Source: a virus (Duplodnaviria; Heunggongvirae; Uroviricota; Caudoviricetes; Demerecviridae). From it: 14,743 nucleotides of DNA. The stretch spans positions 99,533-114,275 of IMG/VR virus record IMGVR_UViG_2974607751_000001; one strand, 5' to 3'. Below, one piece after another: positions 6,261-14,261 of this stretch. The notes beneath the pieces are model-generated. The model saw only the letters and a list, made by a program, of their open reading frames with translations, had not been told where the DNA came from and ran no database searches. The position numbers were made by a program, and so were the translations under genes. Numbering within the stretch: position 1 is the stretch's first letter; each line of letters starts with the position of its first letter.

Positions 6261-6285
6261 CACGCTAGCCGATAGGTTTTAAGAT
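6257..6285 (+). promoter_or_regulatory. Pre-early sigma70 promoter
   Basis: TTGACA-17-TAAGAT; the -35 overlaps the upstream gene's TGA. Confidence 0.8.
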
Positions 6286-6300
6286 GTTCCCCGTAGTAAC

Positions 6301-6313
6301 TGCTCTTTAAAAA
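6301..6313 (+). promoter_or_regulatory. rrn-type boxA element
   Basis: TGCTCTTTAAAAA(TTTGGAT), about 10 nt after the expected start site. Confidence 0.75.
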
Positions 6314-6424
6314 TTTGGATAACGGTAATGTTTAGGCTAACTCCTAGCGGATTATAATCTAATAGCGTTTCAAAGTATCGAGGCGCTATTGTGGAATAAT
6401 CCCCAATAAACCGGAGTATTAAAA

Positions 6425-6676
6425 ATGCAAAACGTTATTACCGCGCCGAAAGTAGGTCAATCTGTTTTCATTCCTTTTGTAACTAAAACTGATGAATTAA
6501 CCGGAAAAGCCGAACGTATCAAAGGTGCGGCGCTTGATCCTTTCGATAAAATCGAAGCGGTTTACGCGGAAACGGAACGTAGCAACAACGGCAAGCCGAT
6601 TTATACCGTCCGTGTTAAATCTGGCGACGTTGTAAAGGTCATTCAGAAAGATGATAAATGGCAAGCCATAGCATAA
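6425..6676 (+). CDS. Conserved T5-family pre-early hypothetical protein (83 aa)
   Basis: GGAG RBS; MQNVITAPKVGQSVFIPFV start recalled from T5-like phages; lies immediately upstream of A2. Confidence 0.85.
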   Translation: MQNVITAPKVGQSVFIPFVTKTDELTGKAERIKGAALDPFDKIEAVYAETERSNNGKPIYTVRVKSGDVVKVIQKDDKWQAIA

Positions 6677-6921
6677 ATTAATGCGCCTTACATATCATGC
6701 TTAGTTAGGCAATAAAGATAACTCGAAACATTCCTAGCGTGAACGGAATAATAAAGAATTTAATATTCTAGCTTTAAATAGTGTTAACTGAATAAGCTGT
6801 ATTTCTTCATTAAGGCAAGGCGTTTAACTCGTATTCGACTTTAATTAGAAATTAACAGCTTATTAGGATTAACATTAGTTAATCATAATCCCTTAATTAA
6901 TAATTGAATGGAGTATTTATT

Positions 6922-7338
6922 ATGTCTAACGTTAAAACCGAAAAAACCGCAAAATTCTCTTGGAACGAAGAAAACACCGAAAAGGCTGTTTCTATGTATT
7001 CTGAAATGGTCGCTAAAAGCGGAATTGAATTTGCTAATAGTGACGGCTTAAAAGAGATTGCCGCCGCCGTTGGCGCTGCAAGTCCGGTGTCTGTACGTTC
7101 TAAACTGACAAGCGCAAAAGCGTACCAGAAAAGCGATAAACCGCGTAAAGTTGGCGGCGGGTCTAGTGTCCGTAAAGCTCACTATGTGCGCGTCATTGCT
7201 AAACACGCCATTGATAGCGGCATTGTAAAAGACGCTGACGATCTGGCAAGTCTGGAAAGTGCAAAACTGGAAACGCTGGACGCCGTAGCGCAATTGTTAG
7301 GCGTAGCGGAGGAAGTGAAACAGGCCGCAGGTGAATAA
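6922..7338 (+). CDS. A2: A2 protein (DNA-binding, needed for second-step transfer), 138 aa
   Basis: GGAG RBS before the ATG at 6922 (the track's TTG at 6904 is unlikely); FSWNEENT...SVRSKLTSAKAYQK signature; size and position upstream of A1. Confidence 0.9.
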   Translation: MSNVKTEKTAKFSWNEENTEKAVSMYSEMVAKSGIEFANSDGLKEIAAAVGAASPVSVRSKLTSAKAYQKSDKPRKVGGGSSVRKAHYVRVIAKHAIDSGIVKDADDLASLESAKLETLDAVAQLLGVAEEVKQAAGE

Positions 7339-7346
7339 ATTTTAAT

Positions 7347-7368
7347 TAGCGGGGAATAATCCCCGCTA
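7347..7368. terminator. Intergenic hairpin after A2 (attenuator/terminator-like)
   Basis: tagcgggga-ataa-tccccgcta; a 21-bp identical copy lies at 3919-3939. Confidence 0.5.
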
Positions 7369-7396
7369 TAATTTCCCTTTGACCGGAGTTATTAAA

Positions 7397-7624
7397 ATGA
7401 TTTTCTTTCCTAGTGAAGCGTTTATTTTAGGTTTATTTATAGTTGCCGCTATATTTATATTTAATTACGGCAAATATATAATCTCTATTATCGGCATTAA
7501 TTCAGCTTATGCCGCTGATATGTTTAAACGTCAAGCTAATAAACAAAAATATCTGGCGATTATATTTTTAACGCTGGCTATTAGTTGCGGTTTTAGTTCT
7601 AGTCTTATGCCAATTCTAGAATAA
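7397..7624 (+). CDS. Small membrane protein between A2 and A1 (75 aa)
   Basis: GGAG at 7385 favours the ATG at 7397; two hydrophobic segments. Confidence 0.8.
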   Translation: MIFFPSEAFILGLFIVAAIFIFNYGKYIISIIGINSAYAADMFKRQANKQKYLAIIFLTLAISCGFSSSLMPILE

Positions 7625-7732
7625 TATTGCAAATTATAACGCCTTTTAAATTGTCCTCACTTCAGGCAAGGCGTTATATTTGGCAATATTGCCAGTATTA
7701 ATATTTATCCCTCTATAGGAGTTGATTTAGTT

Positions 7733-9400
7733 ATGAATATTTCCGCAGAAAAACAAGCTCAAATTCTGAAAATGGCTGCTGACTTTAATTTCTATGGTAA
7801 GCGTTTACGCGCTACTAAATTGGAAGTTTGCGACGATATTTCAAAAGCTGTTTATGATACGCCGAAACATTCAACCGCAATCTGCGATTGGCTGGAAGCA
7901 AATAAGCCAGCGAAACCGAAAGCGGCGAAAGCTGAAAAGGCGATTAAAAATGATGATCGCCCCGAAGCGGCGGGAATTGTTTCTAGTACCGTTGAACAAT
8001 GGGAAGTTAAATCCGGTCGCCGTTTTATTCTAACGTCGATTCAAAATAATACTTTCCCGCATAAAAACTTTTTAGCGGCGCTTGTTAATTACGCTGAATA
8101 TTGCGGCGCTGAATTGCTAATCAGTAAATTCATTTATAATAAAAATGGATTCCAGAACGGCGACGGCAGCAAAGAAAAAATTAAATATGATTCAGCGTTT
8201 GATAAATATATCTGCGATAAAAACGTATTTTTAAATAATCGCCGCTTTGCTTTCATGTCTGAAATTAACGTATTACCAACGGCAGATTATCCGCTTTCAG
8301 GATTCGCAGAAACCGCCACGGCTTTAAATATTGACGGCCTCGCAATTGGTGCGGCAAAAATTACCGCTGAAAGTGTGCCAGCGTTAAAAGGTGAAATTGT
8401 GCGCCGTATGTATTCAACCGGAACGGCGACACTTAAAAACTACATTCAGCAAAAAGCAGGACAAAAAGCCGAGGCTTTACATAATTTCGGCGCTTTGCTG
8501 GTAGAATTTGACGACGACGGCGAATTTTTCGTTCGCCAGCTTGAAACAATGGACGAAAGCGGAATGTTCTATGATCTGAATATTTGCGCTACCGCTACCG
8601 GATGTTATGAAACATCGGGCCATGTTCTAGGCTTGCAATATGGCGATATTCACGCCGAAAAATTAGATGATGATTGCGCCGTTGCGTCATGGGCTAGTGA
8701 AAACAGCTTGCTTGATATTCTCAAGCCTAAATATCAGTTTATTCATGATGTGCATGATTTTACATCCCGCAATCATCATAACCGCGCTAGTGGTGTATTC
8801 CTTGCTAAACAGTACGCCGCAGGACGTGACAAGGTTTTAGATGATCTTATCGATACTGGACGCGTTTTAGAGTCTATGGAGCGTGATTTCTCTCAAACAA
8901 TCATTGTGGAATCTAACCATGATTTAGCATTATCCCGCTGGCTTGATGATCGTAACGCTAACATTAAGGACGATCCCGCAAACGCCGAGCTATATCACAG
9001 CCTAAACGCTGCGATTTACGCCGCAATTGCAAAACAAGATGATACCTTTAACGTGCTAGATTACGCCTTGCGTAGTGTCGCAGGTTGCGAATTTAACGCT
9101 ATTTTCCTGACGACAGACCAATCATTCAAAATCGCTGGCATTGAGTGCGGCGTACATGGTCACAATGGCATTAACGGCAGTCGGGGCAATCCTAAGCAGT
9201 TTAAAAAGTTGGGACGCCTTAACACTGGTCACACTCACACGGCTAGCATTTACGGCGGCGTTTATACTGCTGGCGTGGCGGGGTCGCTTGATATGGGTTA
9301 CAACGTGGGCGCGTCAAGCTGGACGCAAACGCATTTAATTACCTATGCAAACGGGCAACGTACTTTGATTGACTTCAAAAACGGTAAATTCTTTGCATAA
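7733..9400 (+). CDS. A1: A1 protein (host DNA degradation and second-step transfer; metallophosphoesterase-like nuclease), 555 aa
   Basis: AGGAG RBS; calcineurin-like motifs GDIH, HDVHD, SNHD, HGH and GHTH; size and synteny as in T5. Confidence 0.93.
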   Translation: MNISAEKQAQILKMAADFNFYGKRLRATKLEVCDDISKAVYDTPKHSTAICDWLEANKPAKPKAAKAEKAIKNDDRPEAAGIVSSTVEQWEVKSGRRFILTSIQNNTFPHKNFLAALVNYAEYCGAELLISKFIYNKNGFQNGDGSKEKIKYDSAFDKYICDKNVFLNNRRFAFMSEINVLPTADYPLSGFAETATALNIDGLAIGAAKITAESVPALKGEIVRRMYSTGTATLKNYIQQKAGQKAEALHNFGALLVEFDDDGEFFVRQLETMDESGMFYDLNICATATGCYETSGHVLGLQYGDIHAEKLDDDCAVASWASENSLLDILKPKYQFIHDVHDFTSRNHHNRASGVFLAKQYAAGRDKVLDDLIDTGRVLESMERDFSQTIIVESNHDLALSRWLDDRNANIKDDPANAELYHSLNAAIYAAIAKQDDTFNVLDYALRSVAGCEFNAIFLTTDQSFKIAGIECGVHGHNGINGSRGNPKQFKKLGRLNTGHTHTASIYGGVYTAGVAGSLDMGYNVGASSWTQTHLITYANGQRTLIDFKNGKFFA

Positions 9401-9453
9401 TTAAATTTAATCGGCGGTTGAAATATACCGCCATTAATAAAAGGTAAAATTAA

Positions 9454-9732
9454 ATGGCTATTAAAATTAATCTTCCAGTTAGTAAAAACGCCCCTGATAC
9501 ATGGGCAATTGATACCATAATTCATGGTACTGTATACCGTAATTTAAAAGATGGTGACTGTTATATTTATCAAAATGAAAATAATGGCCATACTTATATA
9601 ATTGAATCAGGAGATTTTTATTCCTTTGAAACTGATTATGAAGCAAAGGAATATTTACAAGATAATGATATTCCTGATGTATGGAAAGAAACTAACCTTG
9701 CTTTTGTAGTGAGTTTAGAAATTAATAAATAA
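9454..9732 (+). CDS. AT-rich hypothetical protein (92 aa, acidic)
   Basis: AAGGT RBS, ATG start, fills the gap between A1 and the 130-aa gene. Confidence 0.8.
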   Translation: MAIKINLPVSKNAPDTWAIDTIIHGTVYRNLKDGDCYIYQNENNGHTYIIESGDFYSFETDYEAKEYLQDNDIPDVWKETNLAFVVSLEINK

Positions 9733-9770
9733 TTTAATCCCGTAAATATAAATAATCTGGAGTTATAAAC

Positions 9771-10163
9771 ATGAAAAACCAAAACATTCCTTTTGACCGC
9801 GCTACTTCTTCCATCGTTCTAGTTTATTCTAATGGCGAACGTTATCACGTCGAGGCGGGGCAAGTTAATTTTGATTTGCTGAATTATAACGACGCTTTGC
9901 AGGTTACTACCTTTGCTTATGATACCGGCAAAGTGGCAAGCCATACAAAAGCAAAAGGCGTTTACGCTGATACTTTGACAGTGCAAACAATCATTATTGA
10001 TGCGCTTAAATCCGGCCTAGCGTTTGCGGTTGTTAAGCCGTGTCCGGTCTGCAATCCCGAAGCTAGCGCGATGGTTTATACTTGCGCGGGGATTCGTTCT
10101 AGCGTACATGGTGAAGATCTTAGCTTTATTGGTGACGCGCTAGCGTATGGCCTCACTAACTAA
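9771..10163 (+). CDS. Conserved T5-family pre-early hypothetical protein (130 aa)
   Basis: GGAG RBS; MKNQNIPFDR start recalled for the gene adjacent to dmp. Confidence 0.85.
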   Translation: MKNQNIPFDRATSSIVLVYSNGERYHVEAGQVNFDLLNYNDALQVTTFAYDTGKVASHTKAKGVYADTLTVQTIIIDALKSGLAFAVVKPCPVCNPEASAMVYTCAGIRSSVHGEDLSFIGDALAYGLTN

Positions 10164-10170
10164 TAGTTAA

Positions 10171-10199
10171 TTGAACATTGCCAGCTAATCTAATATAAT
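10171..10199 (+). promoter_or_regulatory. sigma70 promoter for dmp, overlapped by a 12-bp inverted repeat
   Basis: TTGAAC-17-TATAAT; inverted repeat ttgccagctaat (10178-10189) / attagctggcaa (10198-10209). Confidence 0.6.
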
Positions 10200-10246
10200 T
10201 AGCTGGCAAGATTGAACTAACTACCCTTAACAGGAGAAACAAATAA

Positions 10247-10981
10247 ATGAATAAAGTTAACATGAATATTACCCGCACTTTCCCGCATATTTCCCGCGTT
10301 ATGATTTGGGATTTAGACGGAACGATTATAAATTCTTTCCATCGTGTAGCGCCTTGCTTTGATAACGCTGGCAATCTGGATTTAGTTAAGTATTCCCGCG
10401 AAGCCTGCAAACATGATTTAATTATGCAAGATTCTTTATTGCCATTGGTTGAATATATGCGCCAATGTATGAATGATGCAAATACATTAAATATTATTTG
10501 TACCGCGCGCCTAATGTCTAAAAGCGATTATTTTTATTTACGCAAACAAGGCTTGCGCGGGCGCGGTAATAGTAATATTCGCGTATTTTCCCGCGATACA
10601 TTACACAAATACTTTGAAGCGGATAAGGTTAGCGAAATATACCACAGCAAAGACGCTGTATATAAATCTTATTACTTTGAACTGTTTAAACAGCTATATC
10701 CTAATGCTGATTTTACAATGATTGATGATCATAAAGGTGTATTATCGGCGGCGGCAAGTGCTGGATTTAAAACGCTGGACGCTCAAGCCGTTAATGATAT
10801 CCTATCAATCGGGGTAACATTGATTGGTGAAACCTTTATCGATGAATCGTTAGACGAGGATAATGATTATCAATTCCTAGCCGATAGATTAAAAATGTGT
10901 TGGGAAGGTATGACCGAGGAAGAACGCGCGGAATATAGTACCACACCGCAACAATACATTGAGAAATTAAAAGTTGCCTAA
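10247..10981 (+). CDS. dmp: Deoxynucleoside-5'-monophosphatase (HAD family), 244 aa
   Basis: HAD motif I WDLDGT, ICTAR and IDDH motifs; last gene of the pre-early operon as in T5. Confidence 0.93.
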   Translation: MNKVNMNITRTFPHISRVMIWDLDGTIINSFHRVAPCFDNAGNLDLVKYSREACKHDLIMQDSLLPLVEYMRQCMNDANTLNIICTARLMSKSDYFYLRKQGLRGRGNSNIRVFSRDTLHKYFEADKVSEIYHSKDAVYKSYYFELFKQLYPNADFTMIDDHKGVLSAAASAGFKTLDAQAVNDILSIGVTLIGETFIDESLDEDNDYQFLADRLKMCWEGMTEEERAEYSTTPQQYIEKLKVA

Positions 10982-10994
10982 CAATTAAAAATAA

Positions 10995-11033
10995 AATAGT
11001 CACACTGTGTAATGATAACATGGTGTGACTATT
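10995..11033. terminator. Hairpin after dmp, between convergent transcription units
   Basis: aatagtcacac ... gtgtgactatt, 11-bp perfect arms. Confidence 0.55.
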
Positions 11034-11139
11034 AGCTTGCTAAGTACCGGGGCGGTAATGAGACTCATTCTCATCTAGGGAACCTCTGGGCACACCTTCA
11101 TGTGTAATCTTATGAAATTTGGCAAAAGTCAAATTAGCG

Positions 11140-11367
11140 CTATTTAGGAGAACTCACGGAATCAGCCCGAAATCTCCTCCGCGACGCCCGAGATCCGTCC
11201 GACCACTCTCGTTCAAACTCCTCCCTTTTCTCCGCAAACTTCCGCTCCCTTTCCGAAAGCTCCCGCGATACTCCCGCAATATATTCACGATGTTTGTTAA
11301 TAGCCCCGAGTGTTCCGAAGATTCCCGCAAGCACCCCGACAATGAAGATAGCTACAAAGCTAAACAT
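11140..11367 (-). CDS. Small membrane protein (75 aa; N-terminal TM helix, charged tail)
   Basis: Hydrophobic N-terminus; overlaps the upstream gene by 8 nt. Confidence 0.8.
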   Translation of the reverse strand: MFSFVAIFIVGVLAGIFGTLGAINKHREYIAGVSRELSERERKFAEKREEFEREWSDGSRASRRRFRADSVSSPK

Positions 11368-11554
11368 CTAATTCCCTCTCAAGTTGGTGAATACGTACCC
11401 GATCATTACGTTGGGAGTCCAGTAACTTATCCATATTAATATTCAGTTGGGTGACTTTATCCTCTAGTCGCTGTATACGACTACGATGTGACGTCATATA
11501 CCCAACAATCCAGACAAGCCATACTACAAGTGTAATAAGTCCTAACCAATCCAT
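11360..11554 (-). CDS. Small membrane protein (64 aa; N-terminal TM helix, coiled-coil-like tail)
   Basis: GGAG RBS; TAATG coupling to the upstream 34-aa gene. Confidence 0.8.
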   Translation of the reverse strand: MDWLGLITLVVWLVWIVGYMTSHRSRIQRLEDKVTQLNINMDKLLDSQRNDRVRIHQLERELDV

Positions 11555-11658
11555 TATTTATCTCCCCGCAGCTTACGTTCGATACGAGCTAGGTGGTTGT
11601 CTAAAATGCATTGCCCGATAATTACCACAACTAGTAAAGCAATAATTACTACTTCCAT
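11554..11658 (-). CDS. Small membrane protein (34 aa, MEVVIIALLVVVIIGQCILDNHLARIERKLRGDK)
   Basis: TAATG overlaps on both sides; hydrophobic N-terminus; below the ORF-track cutoff. Confidence 0.7.
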   Translation of the reverse strand: MEVVIIALLVVVIIGQCILDNHLARIERKLRGDK

Positions 11659-11792
11659 TATAACCACCCCGCCATAGCTGCTAACCAAAAGAGTACAAAG
11701 ATAAAGAATAATACAGTCCCGAATCCGAAACTATTTATCCAACTTTCGTATACTTCCCCGCGTCTGTTCTTTCTTCTGTTGTCGTCTGACAT
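11658..11792 (-). CDS. Small membrane protein (44 aa; MSDDNRRKNRR..., C-terminal TM helix)
   Basis: GGGAG RBS favours the ATG at 11792 rather than the track start at 11843. Confidence 0.7.
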   Translation of the reverse strand: MSDDNRRKNRRGEVYESWINSFGFGTVLFFIFVLFWLAAMAGWL

Positions 11793-12045
11793 CTCTTTGC
11801 TTCTCCCGTAAATGTGGTATCTGATATATCCTAGCGATTGCACGAACCATAACGACTGTCCCGATTAGATCCATTACTTCATCGAAGCCGGACTCTTCTA
11901 GTATAAAGGATGTACCCATAACATCCTCTATCGTATCTTGTATGACGTCTTGAATGATTTCATTAATCGCATCATGAACTGCTTTAGTCCTGGGATCTAG
12001 TTCAAAGTTAACAGGTTCCTGAAAGGACTTTTCTTCATCTTGCAT
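11731..12045 (-). CDS. Hypothetical protein (104 aa; acidic N-terminus, basic C-terminus)
   Basis: Co-directional with and downstream of llp; its 3' end overlaps the next gene by 62 nt. Confidence 0.7.
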   Translation of the reverse strand: MQDEEKSFQEPVNFELDPRTKAVHDAINEIIQDVIQDTIEDVMGTSFILEESGFDEVMDLIGTVVMVRAIARIYQIPHLREKQRDVRRQQKKEQTRGSIRKLDK

Positions 12046-12088
12046 TGTGTTTGCTACCTGTACCTCATCCCAGAAATAAAAATTTTTG

Positions 12089-12117
12089 TTTACTTCGAGA
12101 TCTTTTTACTTTATACT
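12089..12117 (+). promoter_or_regulatory. sigma70-type promoter pointing through llp (antisense) towards the RBP gene
   Basis: AAATAAAAATTTTTG UP-like tract, then TTTACT-17-TATACT. Confidence 0.6.
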
Positions 12118-12119
12118 AA

Positions 12120-12386
12120 TTACAAGTGACCAGATTGTTCTAGTTTAAATTTACAATCGCCATATTTGAGATCAAACTGTGACAAATCCCACCACCCAAA
12201 CTTAGTGCGTAACTGAGTTTTAGGGAATCGGTAGCCCACAGTACGTGCGTCTCGAATATCTAAAGCGTAGTGTTCTTCACCAACATGACCATAAGACTTC
12301 ACATATGCCTTACAAAATGGCTCGGGAGCTGGTACACAACCAGTCAACACTACTGCTGCAACTACGATGGCTAGTAACTTTTTCAT
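12120..12386 (-). CDS. llp: Receptor-blocking (lytic conversion) lipoprotein, 88 aa
   Basis: Signal peptide with lipobox LTGC (Cys17); divergent from and adjacent to the RBP gene as in T5/BF23. Confidence 0.9.
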   Translation of the reverse strand: MKKLLAIVVAAVVLTGCVPAPEPFCKAYVKSYGHVGEEHYALDIRDARTVGYRFPKTQLRTKFGWWDLSQFDLKYGDCKFKLEQSGHL

Positions 12387-12415
12387 AATCGTTCCTCTGT
12401 TTAATTTATAAATAT

Positions 12416-12444
12416 ATTATAGCAAAATAGAGGGGTCTAAGCAA
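12416..12444 (-). promoter_or_regulatory. Early promoter of llp
   Basis: TTGCTT-17-TATAAT, typical of strong T5 early promoters. Confidence 0.85.
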
Positions 12445-12469
12445 ATACATTTTTAAAGAAGGAGATTGT

Positions 12470-14251
12470 ATGAGTTTTTTCGCAGGAAAATTTAGTGATG
12501 GTAAAACTGTATTATCTCTAAACGCTGCTAATGGTGGTGATATAAATCAGCACTACTCTCCAAATACTAATAGTATTTTCCACTCAGATATGCCATTTGT
12601 CCTAGTTGATGGGACTTATGAGGCTGCTCTAGGTGATGCAGGTAATGGGTACTTTGTTACTCAGATGCCATGGGATATTATAAATATTAAATCCAATGAT
12701 CCTGGTAGAGTTATATTAACTGCTATTGAGATAAACGGTACTCATAGGGGTTTCCTTAATGGTACCCAATCTCAGGTTGGTCAGTTCTTAACATTCTTCG
12801 AAGATCAACCACGTGCTGGTGCTGAACTAGCTATAACATCTGCTTTTGCAATCGGTGATAGTTTAGCTCATGGTACTTATATCTATAATGGTGGTCTTGG
12901 TCATGAGGAATCTATTGCTAGGCAGGGAACTGGTGGTACTTTACTACAATCTTCCGGTTTCCAGATCTTTAGACCTGGTGGTGTTTCCGCAGGTGAAGCT
13001 ATTTCCAGAGCCTGGGGATTAATGGGCTTTCCTACTGGTGTTTCTACTGTTCCTATAGATGGTGGTAACGCCGATTATTGGGAACCTAACTGGCAAGCGC
13101 CTGTTGGTTCTGCTGGTAGAGGCCATGATTGGTTTTACGTTTGTAGTTCTAATATTCGTGGCTTCGCAGGTAAAAAAGGCGTACTACCGGATAACGTAAA
13201 CGTTATTTATCAATCTCCTGCGTATCCAGAAAAAATATATGTTTGTAGAGGTTCTACTTCTAATATGGCTGCTCAGTCTGCTAGAAAGGTGTATGTACAG
13301 GACTGGTATAACGTTACGCCAACTAAAGTTATTTGGTACGTGCTAAATCTGCGCTATTCTAATGGTAGTATGGGAGTTTCTGGTAATCCATTTACTGGTT
13401 CAGATATCTTAATATCACCATCTAACTTTACTATTAAAGGTGTTAGTCTACCAAATACAGGCTATAAATTTATTAACCAGAATGCTTTCGGAAACTTAGG
13501 CTATCGCCCTGATATGGAATATGTTGGTAATAACGCTGCGTATACCGGAGTTTTTGGTGATAATACTGCACGATGTGAATTCATCGGCTCTAGTAATGGT
13601 GGGTTATGGTCGCCCGTTAACTATGGGGGTGCAGCTTCTCAAATTAGCTTATATAAATTTGGTGTAGGTAAACAATGGTATGTAGATACTAATACTAACT
13701 CCATTGGTAATGAACATGGATCTGTGTGGAGTCCTAGTACTGTACCTCTCAGATTATTCCCAGGCAACGTTGCAAGTACTTATGTAGGGGACGATATAAC
13801 TCCATCCTACCCTGGTGCTGGTGACTTCTACACACCTTTGGCCACAGTTTGGTTGGGATTACCAAATGCTCACTCTACTGTTATATTAACTACTGAAGTT
13901 ATTATGGGTAATCTTAATACTGCTGGTATGCCTGTACGTACTTATGGTGGTAGTGCTTGGCAGGTACAAGGCAGACGTCAACAAAGTTATACAGCTGGTG
14001 ATGGTGTATTCCATCAGATTCTTACTCTGCCACCTGGCTATCTAGTACCATATCACAGCACAACTTCCTATAGTTATACCCAAACGTGGGCTAGTAGACC
14101 TGATGAGATGGCTTTTCGTAGAAATGGGTATATTTATACAGTAAAAAACCTTGGTAATGGTAATGTTGAGTTGGGTGTTATTATTCATGCTGCAGAAGCA
14201 GCTGCTATCTTCTTACCAAGACTACGTGTAACAGTTCAACGCCTAACCTAA
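12470..14251 (+). CDS. oad: Receptor-binding protein (pb5/Oad/Hrs family), 593 aa; probably the BtuB-binding class
   Basis: MSFFAGK N-terminus, IFHSDM motif and ...VQRLT C-terminus typical of pb5; located between llp and terS. Confidence 0.92.
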   Translation: MSFFAGKFSDGKTVLSLNAANGGDINQHYSPNTNSIFHSDMPFVLVDGTYEAALGDAGNGYFVTQMPWDIINIKSNDPGRVILTAIEINGTHRGFLNGTQSQVGQFLTFFEDQPRAGAELAITSAFAIGDSLAHGTYIYNGGLGHEESIARQGTGGTLLQSSGFQIFRPGGVSAGEAISRAWGLMGFPTGVSTVPIDGGNADYWEPNWQAPVGSAGRGHDWFYVCSSNIRGFAGKKGVLPDNVNVIYQSPAYPEKIYVCRGSTSNMAAQSARKVYVQDWYNVTPTKVIWYVLNLRYSNGSMGVSGNPFTGSDILISPSNFTIKGVSLPNTGYKFINQNAFGNLGYRPDMEYVGNNAAYTGVFGDNTARCEFIGSSNGGLWSPVNYGGAASQISLYKFGVGKQWYVDTNTNSIGNEHGSVWSPSTVPLRLFPGNVASTYVGDDITPSYPGAGDFYTPLATVWLGLPNAHSTVILTTEVIMGNLNTAGMPVRTYGGSAWQVQGRRQQSYTAGDGVFHQILTLPPGYLVPYHSTTSYSYTQTWASRPDEMAFRRNGYIYTVKNLGNGNVELGVIIHAAEAAAIFLPRLRVTVQRLT

Positions 14252-14261
14252 AGGAGGATAT

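Noticed and set aside
1849-6676. Assigning named T5 effectors (Hdi/T5.008, Ung-dependent nickase T5.015) to specific small ORFs
   Set aside because: I cannot match these sequences reliably from memory; BLASTP is needed.
10554-10561. TGCGCGGG as a second nick site
   Set aside because: It lacks the 5' purine of the consensus and is explained by the LRGRG codons in dmp.
500-11100. Restriction-site avoidance in the FST DNA
   Set aside because: It needs an exhaustive k-mer count. A GAATTC was seen in the RBP gene, but a GATATC is present in dmp (10796-10801), so no claim is made.
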